Below, one piece after another: positions 8,623 through 18,413 of a stretch of 64,000 nucleotides of DNA. The translations under genes were made by a program, and so were the position numbers. The stretch lies in the NCBI GenBank assembly GCA_025058595.1, contig JANXEK010000002.1:17248-81247 (forward strand). The letters run 5' to 3'. The first letter of the stretch is position 1; each line of letters opens with the position of its first letter. Source of the DNA: Candidatus Bathyarchaeota archaeon (GTDB lineage: Archaea; Thermoproteota; CALKCG01; B24; DRYS01). Below the pieces are notes generated by a model that was not told the origin of the DNA, ran no database searches, and saw only the letters and a program-made list of their open reading frames with translations.

Positions 8623-9941
8623 AAGAAGTCTGTTAGGGGCTTCTGTTTAACCTTCTCACTAGTTTTCGGTTCCATATATTCGCTACCTTCGATCTCTCTA
8701 GCTACCCCCTCACCCTTCTCAGGAAATATTATTATCCTACCATATACACCGTCGTATCCAGGGATCACTTTAACCCTCCCCTCTCTAACGCGTATAATAG
8801 CTTCGGCTATCGACGGATCAACTATCTTAGCTATATCATCGAAGCTTGCATCTAGTAGGACGGTATACTCGTCACCAAACCGGGAGATGAGCATGTTATA
8901 GATGGCCCAGACAGCTTTCGAGTTCGGGGAGCTAGCATCTATAACCGCTGATATAACCTCTGAGAGCGGTAGTAAGCGTATGTATCCAGGTGAACCGGCT
9001 GGTTTAGATCCGTAGGGTCTATCGGCGAGCTCCTCGACTCTCTGTTCGACACCTTTAGTTAAAGTTTTATGGCAGACCGGGCATCTACCGCCAAGCCTTA
9101 TAGCTTCTGCTGGTGGGAGGGATATACCACATGCCCTATGACCTGTCCAGTGGTATTTTCCGTATGCTGGATCTGTTTCTATGGTAAACCTAAGTATACT
9201 TGCATCTTTCTTCCTTATCGAATCTACGATATCTTTATACGTTAGCTGGTTAACCTCGAATACGTTAGCCTCCCTCCCTATCCTCCACGGCCAGTAGGAG
9301 TGCGAATCGCTATTCGATAGAAGAGTGAATCTATCTAGTGAGCTTAAACGCCAGTTCATAGGCGGGTCTGAAGATAGCCCCGTTTCGAGAGCGTAGATGT
9401 ATCTAGCCATATCTTGATAGCAGTCGTCTACACTATCGAAGCCACTGAAGGCCCCGAAGATGCTGAACCAAGGAGTCCACGCATGTGCGGGGAAGATCAC
9501 GTTATCCTTAGAAACCTCTAAAACTTCCTCCACTAGGTGGGGGGCTGACATATTCAGCGTTGGTCTACCATCAGCTTCTAAATCTCCATACATAGATAAT
9601 CTGTCGTTTACCTGTTCCGCTACATCGATGCCGGGCGTTAGGATCACATGGTGAATCTTCTTAGTCTTACCCTCAAATTCGAATATCGTTGAAACCTCAC
9701 CTGTGACCATGAAGTAGATGGGGAGTTCAGGTTTATCCGTGAGCTTATACAAACCGGGTTCATCAGATTCGACTAAGGAGCGTTTAACTTCATACAACCA
9801 TCTAGGGTGGGTGAAATCCCCTGTACCTACGAGCGTCAACCCCTTTATCTTAGAGAATCTAGCTATCCTCTCTAGATCCATATCAGAGCTTGTAGCTCTA
9901 CTATACTTACCATGTATATGTAGATCTACTATAACTCTCAT
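8619..9941 (-). CDS. endQ: endonuclease Q (PHP-domain, deaminated-base endonuclease)
   Basis: 440 aa. N-terminal PHP motif DLHIHGKYSRA..GTGDFTHP, then AHAWTPW, SNSDSHS, GKYHWTGHRAC, zinc finger CPVCHKTLTKGV and C-terminal IPGYDGVYG. Collinear with Pyrococcus EndoQ. Confidence 0.75.
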   Translation of the reverse strand: MRVIVDLHIHGKYSRATSSDMDLERIARFSKIKGLTLVGTGDFTHPRWLYEVKRSLVESDEPGLYKLTDKPELPIYFMVTGEVSTIFEFEGKTKKIHHVILTPGIDVAEQVNDRLSMYGDLEADGRPTLNMSAPHLVEEVLEVSKDNVIFPAHAWTPWFSIFGAFSGFDSVDDCYQDMARYIYALETGLSSDPPMNWRLSSLDRFTLLSNSDSHSYWPWRIGREANVFEVNQLTYKDIVDSIRKKDASILRFTIETDPAYGKYHWTGHRACGISLPPAEAIRLGGRCPVCHKTLTKGVEQRVEELADRPYGSKPAGSPGYIRLLPLSEVISAVIDASSPNSKAVWAIYNMLISRFGDEYTVLLDASFDDIAKIVDPSIAEAIIRVREGRVKVIPGYDGVYGRIIIFPEKGEGVAREIEGSEYMEPKTSEKVKQKPLTDFF

Positions 9942-10049
9942 TACTAAGATCGAACCTCTTAGTATCGGGCGAGCTTACACTGAAGCCTCCATATACAAGT
10001 TACGCGATATCCTGGATATATATTTGAAGGCGATTGCAAGATAGATGAG

Positions 10050-10827
10050 ATGAAACGCTCTAAACCTATACAGAGCGAGGGGGGAGAAATACATCTCTCT
10101 CCAGATAGGCGATTCATTAGATGATGTGGCTAAAGGTATCGGTAGCATAGTCTTAAGCTAAACTTCAAACAGTACTACGATGAGCATATAAGTGTCGAAG
10201 TCATGTAAGCTATAGCGAGCGTAGGTGATACTATTCATCCATACTTCACTAGAAACTCTATGGAGGAGGAGAGAGGAAAGCTTCTCTTCGCATCTAATAG
10301 GACTGGAAGGTGGCAGCTATACCTTCTAGATTCTAAAGAATAGCTATGATACGGTTAACGGAGATCGATGTATAGACGTTAGGATACGAGATACTCTACA
10401 TAACCCTAGAGGATTTCAACCCCATGGACATATCGATAGACCGTTATAACAGGTATCTCGCATTCAGATACGACGAGGTAGATAACGTAATACGGTGAGG
10501 GTAGATACACCCCGATATGCTAGAATACCTTCTACCTTAGACTTAGAAGTATCGTGTTAAGATTCGATCTAGGTAATGATGAACCCTTTACCGCTCTGAA
10601 GCGTATCTACATGGATACCCAAGTGTAAACCCTGATGGAGTCATGTTCCGCCATGAGGAGTTTTGGTATCTCATGCGAAGGATATGGATAGTTAAAGCTT
10701 CGACGTTTTCATCTTTTCGATGTACATTAAGAGTAGAGATGAGGAGAGGATGTCTGTCAGTGATAAAGCTTACCCTGATCGATCCTTTAGAGATGGAGGA
10801 TCCTTCATAGGGTTCATAACGTATTAA
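10050..10827 (+). pseudogene. decayed beta-propeller (PD40/TolB-type repeat) gene remnant; may extend to about 11250
   Basis: Plus-strand fragments in shifting frames, each ended by stops: GEIHLSPDRRFIR*, IHPYFTRNSMEEERGKLLFASNRTGRWQLYLLDSKE*, NPDGVMF..., YPDRSFRDGGSFIGFITY*. These resemble repeated PD40 blades (SPDG..iaF, llFaSnRtG.wqlY). Confidence 0.35.
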
Positions 10828-11313
10828 GGTGGATCCTCTAAATCCGGTTTTCGCATCAAATTTCAAAAGCATCATAGACACCGGATAGAGGATATACGAT
10901 ATCTAGCTGGCTCATATGGATGGTATAGCGTAGGACTGACGAATTCTCAGGAACGATTACCTTCTTCACCTTCGATAGATGTTCATCGATAGCCTCTAAG
11001 GATGATAGTGTATCATCCTTAGACATATCTAGGTCAAACATTCGAACGCCTATCTACCGTGTATCGGTGATGCTCCTGATACCTTCACCATGCCTCGAAT
11101 GCACCATATCTATCTGAGTAACGGTAGGGTTAGCTAAACTATCCGGATTAACCCTTATACTCGATGTAAACTTAACCGTATAAGTATGGATTTTTAGGTG
11201 GTTATTAATGGAAAACATATGGAAATATTCATGGTCGAACCCCTGGGGGGTAGAGGCTTCTATCTATCGTTTCTCTTCTAGAGTAGAAGACGGTGTGGTG
11301 GATCTAGGCGAAG

Positions 11314-12468
11314 TTAGTATGATCCTAAGAACCCATCTGGAGCTAGACTTGTAGCTAGCATGACCATGTTTATATCCTCATACTTCCGCCATGCATAATC
11401 CCCTCTACTTCTAGAATTCAACCAATACCTATCTATACGATCGGCTAGCCTCATGTAGTATCTTAAGCTTTCTAATAGGTAATCCATCCTATCATCTCTA
11501 GGGAAGCTACCGCTTCTAACCAATCTGAAGAGACGATCTAAAGCTTTAAGACCTATCGATAAGCCGAGCTCTCTGAAGGCGAGCCTACCGCTCGATGGAA
11601 GGATCGATTGTCTACCAGTAAGGTATAGTTCTAAGCTTAGTAGAGCTGCATCGAGTATATCGGCTAACATATCTATTCGATCGATAGATCTATACGATAT
11701 CAATCTAGCGAGTGTGTATGCATCCCATAGTAGGGTTCCGATACCGAGCGGGTCATCCGTAGCTAACTCTACTCCTCGTAGGATCCCTTCGATCTCCTCT
11801 ATCTCCTTAGAGAGGCTAGGCCAGAGCGGATCCCTTGGAGCGTAGGCTTGAAGCTCATAGTACACCGTGAATCCGTCGAGAGGATCGTGTAAACCCATAG
11901 AGACTACTAACGGATACGATAGGTCTATGCTCATCTTCCAGTATATACGTTTCCTTCCGCTATGATCCGTATAGACGAAGGCTCTATGAGCGGTTTTAGC
12001 AAGCTCTATAGCCCATAGATTATAGATAGCATCACCTGTCGCTAGATAGACCCTATTCAATGTATACATCCACCTTGTTAGATAGTGGTAGTATTGACCA
12101 TCACGCTCCCATTCTAGGTACTCATCGAATGGTTCGTCAGGTTTACGTTCAGGTAGAGGTTTTCCTATTCTTAACCCACCTATAGTCGGATGTTTAAACC
12201 CTTCTTCATCGCTTAAACCGCTTATCCACCCTCTCCTACTGTCATCGTCACGGTGTCTACCGAGTATGAAGTGAACCTGGTCTATAAGCTTTAAAGCTAG
12301 ATTCTTATACCTTTCACCGAAGTCTTTACGGTAGAGTTCTAGGAGATTGCATACGGCGAATGCATCTGTCCACAGATAACGTCTAGGCTTTAGATCTGAT
12401 GAAATCCCCGTACGATAGGCGAAATCGTTCATAATCTCCTCGACTATAGCTAGAGGATTAAACTGCAT
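11314..12468 (-). CDS. conserved hypothetical protein (helical-repeat, possibly alpha/alpha-toroid fold)
   Basis: 384-aa uninterrupted ORF with typical codon usage. No catalytic motif I can name. Confidence 0.55.
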   Translation of the reverse strand: MQFNPLAIVEEIMNDFAYRTGISSDLKPRRYLWTDAFAVCNLLELYRKDFGERYKNLALKLIDQVHFILGRHRDDDSRRGWISGLSDEEGFKHPTIGGLRIGKPLPERKPDEPFDEYLEWERDGQYYHYLTRWMYTLNRVYLATGDAIYNLWAIELAKTAHRAFVYTDHSGRKRIYWKMSIDLSYPLVVSMGLHDPLDGFTVYYELQAYAPRDPLWPSLSKEIEEIEGILRGVELATDDPLGIGTLLWDAYTLARLISYRSIDRIDMLADILDAALLSLELYLTGRQSILPSSGRLAFRELGLSIGLKALDRLFRLVRSGSFPRDDRMDYLLESLRYYMRLADRIDRYWLNSRSRGDYAWRKYEDINMVMLATSLAPDGFLGSY

Positions 12469-12512
12469 ATCCCTCTAAAATCGGATATAATCACCGATAT
12501 AACCATACAGTT

Positions 12513-13619
12513 TTACACAATCCTACATCCATCTACCTTCACATCTATCGCTATCTGCCATCTATAAGGTGCGACCTCCTTCACGATCCTACTAGATAAT
12601 ACCTTATCGAAGATCCTACCAGCTTTAACTATACCTTCGATAACCTTTGCTTCAGCCTTCTCTAACGCATATGATCCATCCTCGAATCCATAGTAATGGA
12701 TTATACCGTCTGATGGCTTAAGAGCTATACATGCTACATCGATATACTCTATAGCCTTTTCAGGTAGATTCATTATCACCCTATCTGCTACGTTACGTAA
12801 CCTAGTTTGTATGATTTCTCTAGCATCACCTAGAATCGGTATGACTTTATCCTCCACCCTATTAATACGTAAATTCTTCTCTAGGTATCCTATAGCATCC
12901 GGGTTTATATCGATAGCATAAACCCTTACGTTACGGTGGAGCTTAGCTATCAGTATCGAAAACGGACCTACACCTGCGAACATATCTACGATAGTCTCAC
13001 CTTCGACTACTTGAGATGCGATTCTGTAATGCTCGTATGATAGCCTAGGCGAGAAGTATACCTTCCTAGGGTCTAGAAGGTAGCTACAACCATATTCTCT
13101 ATGAACGGTCTCGGTATTCTCGGATCCTGCTACGACTTCGTAGCTTCTAACACGGTAGACACCGGTGACGGCGCTAGATTTAGCTAGGACCGATCTCACA
13201 CGTTTGAACACGTTCATGACAGCTTCCCCTATAAGCGTCTTATAATCTTCAAGCTCCTCCGGTATCTCTAGGATCGCTATATCCCCTACGAAATCTATCG
13301 AACGTGGAAGGCAGGCGAGGAGGTGTGGTGGAAGCTTATCTTCCAAGATATCTAGAATACTTTTAGCAGGTTTCGCATACCTTTGGAAGCTGTGGATGCA
13401 TATCTCGAATTCAGATACCTCCTTCTCGATAACCTCTAGCTGCCACTTTGAGGGCTTCTCTTTGATAGGGATGAATAGATAGCGATCATTCCTCACTACC
13501 TTAAGGCTCCTATCTAGAAGATCGAGGTCATCCAGGATTCTAATCATCTTCTCACCTAAACTCTTCTCTATCCTAATAGAGTAGGATTCGACCGTAGATC
13601 GGGGGAGATCGCTAGACAT
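12513..13619 (-). CDS. trm5: tRNA (guanine37-N1)-methyltransferase Trm5 / Met-10+ family
   Basis: 368 aa. SAM motif IVDMFAGVGPFSI, VYAIDINPDA and the NLP catalytic motif (VIMNLPEKA). Confidence 0.8.
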   Translation of the reverse strand: MSSDLPRSTVESYSIRIEKSLGEKMIRILDDLDLLDRSLKVVRNDRYLFIPIKEKPSKWQLEVIEKEVSEFEICIHSFQRYAKPAKSILDILEDKLPPHLLACLPRSIDFVGDIAILEIPEELEDYKTLIGEAVMNVFKRVRSVLAKSSAVTGVYRVRSYEVVAGSENTETVHREYGCSYLLDPRKVYFSPRLSYEHYRIASQVVEGETIVDMFAGVGPFSILIAKLHRNVRVYAIDINPDAIGYLEKNLRINRVEDKVIPILGDAREIIQTRLRNVADRVIMNLPEKAIEYIDVACIALKPSDGIIHYYGFEDGSYALEKAEAKVIEGIVKAGRIFDKVLSSRIVKEVAPYRWQIAIDVKVDGCRIV

Positions 13620-13702
13620 AACTAAGCTTGAACCACTATACGATGAAGCGGGAATCGGTTATCTTAAACGTTAACCATGCCCTATAGATTTTGAAGCGTA
13701 AA

Positions 13703-14365
13703 CTATGATGAGGATTCTGTATTCATGTATTTAACTGGCTCTAATGCTATAGCTCTTATCCATGATGAGTCTAGATTAGCGATCTTCAAAGGTAGTCCTA
13801 TGAAGAATACCCTTTCACTCTTCAGTCTGTCCAGGTTTATCAAGCCTTCGATTATAGGTATATCGTTCTCCAGCAAGATTCTATGGGTAGCTAAACCGGA
13901 TCCTGGCTCATCTGGATGGACACCTTGAAGCCCAAGCATCTTTATACGCTTATCTGCAAGATACTTTGCAGCTTCACGGGTAACGTATGATCCGCCGCTA
14001 CTCCATAGTAGAACTATATCTCCCTCCTTAATCTTCTGTAGATGCTCAGCTTTTATCGAGGTGTTAGCTTCAAATTTTAAGACGGTGGCTTCACCTATGA
14101 ACTTCTCTAACGGTATCTCTATGAGTGGCTTGAGATCTGGGCGGAGGTGGGATGGCCCCTCTATATGTGTACCTATATGGGATTCAGCTTCTAGGAAGTG
14201 CATATAGGTACCGTCTTCGGCGTTTATAAACTGTTCTATGTTAAACCTTCTAACTTGGTTACCACGTATATATTCGCCGTTGACTTTCAATACGTTAGGA
14301 TGAATCTCTACGGATAGATCTACGATCCTATAGCCTTTAAGAGCTTCGATTATATCTCCGACCAT
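13703..14365 (-). CDS. cyclase family protein (kynurenine formamidase-like)
   Basis: 220 aa with the family signature HIGTHIEGPSH (HxGTHxDxPxH). Confidence 0.7.
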   Translation of the reverse strand: MVGDIIEALKGYRIVDLSVEIHPNVLKVNGEYIRGNQVRRFNIEQFINAEDGTYMHFLEAESHIGTHIEGPSHLRPDLKPLIEIPLEKFIGEATVLKFEANTSIKAEHLQKIKEGDIVLLWSSGGSYVTREAAKYLADKRIKMLGLQGVHPDEPGSGLATHRILLENDIPIIEGLINLDRLKSERVFFIGLPLKIANLDSSWIRAIALEPVKYMNTESSS

Positions 14366-14571
14366 ACCTAACCACAGATGAAGAATACCGGGGTAGGGAT
14401 TTATCTCTTTCGAAACTCGTACAGCTTGCCCAACCTTATAGGAGCTAACTGTAGAGGCTATGGTTTTAATGGTCTGCAGCTTGATAGATGATTCAACGGT
14501 AGGTATAGACTTAGAGTACCGGGGAGGGGTGTCCTTATAACGTAAGAGTTATCGGGAGTAGCGGGGCCGAT

Positions 14572-15429
14572 CTATCTAACGTAATTATCGAGGAATTCTA
14601 TGATCCGCCTAGCCATAGGTTCTAAGGGTAATCCATGCCCTGCATCGTACCAGTATACTTCTTTAGGTTCACCCGCCTTCTCGGCTAGCTGTCTCTGGGT
14701 TTCCGCTGGGACGATATCATCGTATCTTCCGCAATGGAATTGTATAGGTCTAGGTGAAGTTAGATGTATGAAGTTTATCGGATCTATAGGGGCTAGAAGA
14801 GATTCTAGCTGTTGGTATGTTATACCGAGTTCTTCTATCCTAGCTCTTATAGGTGGTACGGAGTAGTGTCTGCTAGTCTTTATCATCAATGGGATATTCC
14901 CTCCGCCGACTATTATAACAGCCGCCTTTACCCTAGACTCTATGCTTACGAATAACGCTCCGAGTATACCACCCATACTACCGCCTACATAGCCTATCTT
15001 CCTACTATCGACTTCCACTCTAGTTTCTAGGAAGTCTACAGCTCTCCTTAAATCGATTATGGTTTGAATAACGTTAGCTTTAAGCTCATCTATATCCGGA
15101 GAATATAGGGCTTTACCCGGTACGCTTCTCTCCCCATGATACACAGCGTCTATAGAGAATAGCGAGAAACCCTTATCCGAGAACATATCGGCTATAGGTA
15201 TGATATCCTCCTTTCTACCCCCGTAGCCGTGGAGGAATAGTATACATGGATAGGGAGGGCTACCATACCTACATACGGTGAGTATAGCTGGAACTCTCTG
15301 ATCGTTAACACTATCATAGTACACCTTATATGCTACGTAGCTATCCTTCTCTACAAATTTAGAGGTAACTGGGTTGAGAGGTATAGATTTATCGTAATCG
15401 TAAAGTCTGATATATTCCTCGACCCGCAT
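14572..15429 (-). CDS. alpha/beta hydrolase (dienelactone hydrolase / S9 peptidase-like esterase)
   Basis: 285 aa. HGYGG oxyanion region, nucleophile elbow GGSMGG, C-terminal D...H (YDAGHG). Confidence 0.8.
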   Translation of the reverse strand: MRVEEYIRLYDYDKSIPLNPVTSKFVEKDSYVAYKVYYDSVNDQRVPAILTVCRYGSPPYPCILFLHGYGGRKEDIIPIADMFSDKGFSLFSIDAVYHGERSVPGKALYSPDIDELKANVIQTIIDLRRAVDFLETRVEVDSRKIGYVGGSMGGILGALFVSIESRVKAAVIIVGGGNIPLMIKTSRHYSVPPIRARIEELGITYQQLESLLAPIDPINFIHLTSPRPIQFHCGRYDDIVPAETQRQLAEKAGEPKEVYWYDAGHGLPLEPMARRIIEFLDNYVR

Positions 15430-16160
15430 ATCCTCTACTATAGCCTACAATTTGATAGCCGGATTAAATCTTACCTCGTAAGAGGGGTTAGCTTTAATGG
15501 TTAGAGATTTACTGCTTGAGAAGGCAGGGTATAGGTCTTACGATGATGTAGGGCCTTCTCTTATGATGTCGAGCGATCGAGGCTTAGATCGATAGCCCTA
15601 TCTAATTCTTCTTCGAGGAGGAATTTAGAAGCGAATCTCGGGAAGATAGAAGTTTTCAGAGGGTTTCGAGGGATTCAGTTCCATCTGGTAGTGTAGTTTG
15701 TGAGAAATCGGATCCAGAGATATTCAGGATAGCTTCACGGCTATGCGAGACTTCCCATGATCAGATAGTAACAAGATGATTATCTAGGAGATACGAATGC
15801 TATCTTGCTAGAGAAGATAGTATGCTGGTAGAGGTTGTGTAAAGGTTAGTAGGCTGACGGAGATCCCCAGAGATGCTGGAAGCTATGCTAACCCATATAT
15901 CTTCGGATTCTATTCTGAGAGTAGAGGAGCGATCTTGAATACTGCTCGGTGAGATAGCTATATCCATCACGAGTATCGTTATCCAGGTTTAAGGAATCTA
16001 AGATACACTAAACGATGGCATCTGGACGATAGATACACCTCGGTTATAGAGAGTTAAAGGTTGAAACCTGTATAGTTATATGTGGTCGATATCCTAGCCA
16101 CATTCTTCTATAAGACTAAAATATGGTGATCATAGCGAAGTATATATCGGAGGTGAGAAT

Positions 16161-16427
16161 ATGAGTAAGGAGGAAGCTGAAGAGGTAGAAAGAATACTTA
16201 GCGCGGTATCTAGCCAGGTTCCATCCTTGATAAAAGGCATAATAGCGAGCATTTTCTCAGAGGAAGCAGGTAGGGAGATGGGAAGAGCAGCTGGAGCTTT
16301 CTATAAAAGCTTGATAGAATCTGGTATACCTGAGCAAACTGCTTTAAAGATGACCGAAGACTATCTATCTATATTTACGGATATAGGGAGGATCGTGAGG
16401 AGGCTTAGACCAGAAGAGGGGAAGTGA
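16161..16427 (+). CDS. small hypothetical protein
   Basis: 88-aa ORF preceded by a strong SD box, GGAGGTGA (16149-16156), 5 nt before the ATG. Confidence 0.5.
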   Translation: MSKEEAEEVERILSAVSSQVPSLIKGIIASIFSEEAGREMGRAAGAFYKSLIESGIPEQTALKMTEDYLSIFTDIGRIVRRLRPEEGK

Positions 16428-16470
16428 GGAGAAAGCATCATGACTTATACGCTGGAGGTTTAAACTAGGG

Positions 16471-16728
16471 ATGAGGAGTGGACGCTTCGTATCGTTTTTC
16501 CGTATAGCGGCTTTACTTGTCGTTCTTATGGTAAAGCTATTGTGGATTCTATTGATTTTAGAGTGGAGTATTCGGAGAGCTAGGAGAGAGTTTGAGAAGC
16601 AGATTTTAGTGTATGGTGTATCGAGAGAGTATGCTAGGAGGATGAGCGCTACCTACCGAAGCGTCATGAGGAGGAGTGTTAGAAGTATGCTTAAGCGATC
16701 TTTAGGTAGATCTTTATGGATGGAATAA
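16471..16728 (+). CDS. small membrane protein with an Arg-rich cytoplasmic tail
   Basis: 85 aa with one hydrophobic helix (AALLVVLMVKLLWILLILEW) followed by a basic tail. GGAGGT lies upstream. It overlaps the next ORF, which suggests coupling. Confidence 0.4.
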   Translation: MRSGRFVSFFRIAALLVVLMVKLLWILLILEWSIRRARREFEKQILVYGVSREYARRMSATYRSVMRRSVRSMLKRSLGRSLWME

Positions 16729-17150
16729 GGAGAAGCGATATCTTAGAGGAAATAAGCCGTAAATTAGATGCGATCCTAGAGAGGCTTAGCCTTCTAGAAC
16801 AGATAGCTTTAGATAATCCTAGATATGCAGATTCAGCAGAAACCCTTAGGCTTACCAGGGTATTCCTAAGCCTATACGGAGAGCCTCTGAAGATATTGAA
16901 TCGTCTAAGAGCGGCTGACTCATACATTAGACGTGAATCTATAGAGAGGGATGAAATCTCTAGATGTATAATCCAAGCTTTAGCCGTGAAAGGAGCGATG
17001 AATATCTCAGCTATCACACGAGAGGTGAGATCTATGAGGGGGAAAGCTTCGAGGAGAATTATTCGTGAACGATTGAAGAAGCTTGAAAAAGAGGGGGTAA
17101 TTAAAAAAATCGATGGAACTAGAAAGACTTACAGCTTAATAGAAAAATAG
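16716..17150 (+). CDS. winged-helix DNA-binding protein
   Basis: 144 aa. The C-terminal segment ISRCIIQALAVKGAMNISAITREV...RIIRERLKKLEKEGVIKKI looks like a wHTH (ArsR/MarR-like). Confidence 0.5.
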   Translation: MDGIRRSDILEEISRKLDAILERLSLLEQIALDNPRYADSAETLRLTRVFLSLYGEPLKILNRLRAADSYIRRESIERDEISRCIIQALAVKGAMNISAITREVRSMRGKASRRIIRERLKKLEKEGVIKKIDGTRKTYSLIEK

Positions 17151-17264
17151 GGAGAGAATGAAGAATGAATTAAGATAAAAATCTAATCTCTTAACTTAAT
17201 AGATTTAATCGGTAAAGAAATCGATAGGAATATAGGGGTAAACAATATTCTGCTTAGAAAAGAC

Positions 17265-17549
17265 TTATAGAGACTTATCTTTTCTACTGGGAGACTGGAA
17301 GCAGGGGATTACATCTTCAATATCTATAGATTTAAATATATCATCTAAATGATACGCCCAGATCTCATTATCTAAATATATGTGCTCATAAAATCTTTTA
17401 TCTAGAATATCATCTAATAATTAGTCTTTCGATCTATTATCCTAGATAACATCTTTAAACTCGATCGTGTTTCTAACTGTATCATCTAGAAGATAGACTT
17501 TATGAAGCGGGGATACATAGAGTACCAGATCTTCAAATAGCCCTTTCAT
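17265..17549 (-). pseudogene. decayed ORF with two in-frame stops (unknown family)
   Basis: Minus-strand frame reads MKGLFEDLVLYVSPLHKVYLLDDTVRNTIEFKDVI*DNRSKD*LLDDILDKRFYEHIYLDNEIWAYHLDDIFKSIDIEDVIPCFQSPSRKDKSL*. One frame is kept over 95 codons but is broken by TAG and TAA. Confidence 0.3.
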
Positions 17550-17689
17550 CGGATAACTTTCTAAAGTAGATACGACTAGGAGCTTTACGCGAAATGTTTA
17601 AACGTGAAGTTGAGGGGGGAGGGTAAGTATAGCTAGATTTGTAGAGAGTAGCAGAAGAGGTATAAACTACCAACGCTTTGATGGAAGGG

Positions 17690-17766
17690 TGGCGGGCCCG
17701 GAGGGGTTCGAACCCCCGACCAACAGGTTAAGAGCCTGCCGCTCTGCCTGGCTGAGCTACGGGCCC
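17690..17766 (-). tRNA. tRNA-Lys (anticodon CUU), CCA encoded, no intron
   Basis: The reverse complement GGGCCCGTAGCTCAGCCAGGCAGAGCGGCAGGCTCTTAACCTGTTGGTCGGGGGTTCGAACCCCTCCGGGCCCGCCA folds as a cloverleaf: 7-bp acceptor, GCTC/GAGC D stem, anticodon loop CTCTTAA, T loop TTCGAAC. Confidence 0.9.
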
Positions 17767-17944
17767 TTTTACTTAAGGGGATAGTTAGAGCTTCCATATT
17801 AAGCTTTAGGGTTCATGCGAGTATAGCTTTAATGGCCTAGTATGCAGCTGGATCGCGTATAGCTCCACCATACTGTCTGATACCCTTCAATCTTATAGTT
17901 AATCTTTTCTCTACGTAGTTCCACTGAATTTTTCTAGGCGGTAT

Positions 17945-18400
17945 ATGTTGATGGCTAGCTTCGACTCTAGGGTTTATCCTAAGATGCCTCTAGTAGCTGC
18001 ATCCATAGCCTTGATTGATAGAGATGGAAGGATACTCCTGGTTAGGAGGAGGTTTGAGCCTGGTGAGGGTCTATGGTCTATACCAGGCGGGTTGGTTGAG
18101 CTTGGTGAGACTGTATGGGAGGCTGCTTTAAGAGAGCTTGAAGAGGAAACTGGTTTAAAGGCTAACTTGAACCGCATATTGGATGTAGTGGATGTTATAG
18201 TTAGGGATGGGAATACTATCAGATACCACTACGTTATAGTAGTGTTCGAAGCTATGAATCCGTCTGGTAGGCTTAAACAGTATTCTGAGGAATGTATCGA
18301 GATAGGATGGTTCAGTTTGAATGAAGCTTTATCTATGGAGTTGACGAAGACCGCTAGGAGGATTCTGGAAAAGCTTACGAAGGAGTATGGGTATTCCTAG
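17945..18400 (+). CDS. NUDIX hydrolase
   Basis: Nudix box GGLVELGETVWEAALRELEEETGL (Gx5Ex7REUxEExGU). Confidence 0.9.
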   Translation: MLMASFDSRVYPKMPLVAASIALIDRDGRILLVRRRFEPGEGLWSIPGGLVELGETVWEAALRELEEETGLKANLNRILDVVDVIVRDGNTIRYHYVIVVFEAMNPSGRLKQYSEECIEIGWFSLNEALSMELTKTARRILEKLTKEYGYS

Positions 18401-18413
18401 GTAGGATGCACCG

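Noticed and set aside
10575-10640. A possible C/D-box sRNA (ATGATGA ... CTGA ... TGATGG).
   Set aside because: The D'-to-C' spacing is about 30 nt, far outside the compact archaeal C/D architecture. No terminal D box or kink-turn pairing is present.
10588-11041. Two overlapping minus-strand ORFs (97 and 61 aa) that could be one frameshifted gene.
   Set aside because: They have no recognisable motif, and they lie antisense to PD40-like remnants on the plus strand. I treat them as chance ORFs within a pseudogene, at low certainty.
17690-17766. att-site duplications of tRNA-Lys (and of tRNA-Ala at 48109-48183) that would delimit integrated elements.
   Set aside because: I could not find a second copy of either tRNA 3' half within the window, so the integration idea remains inference only.
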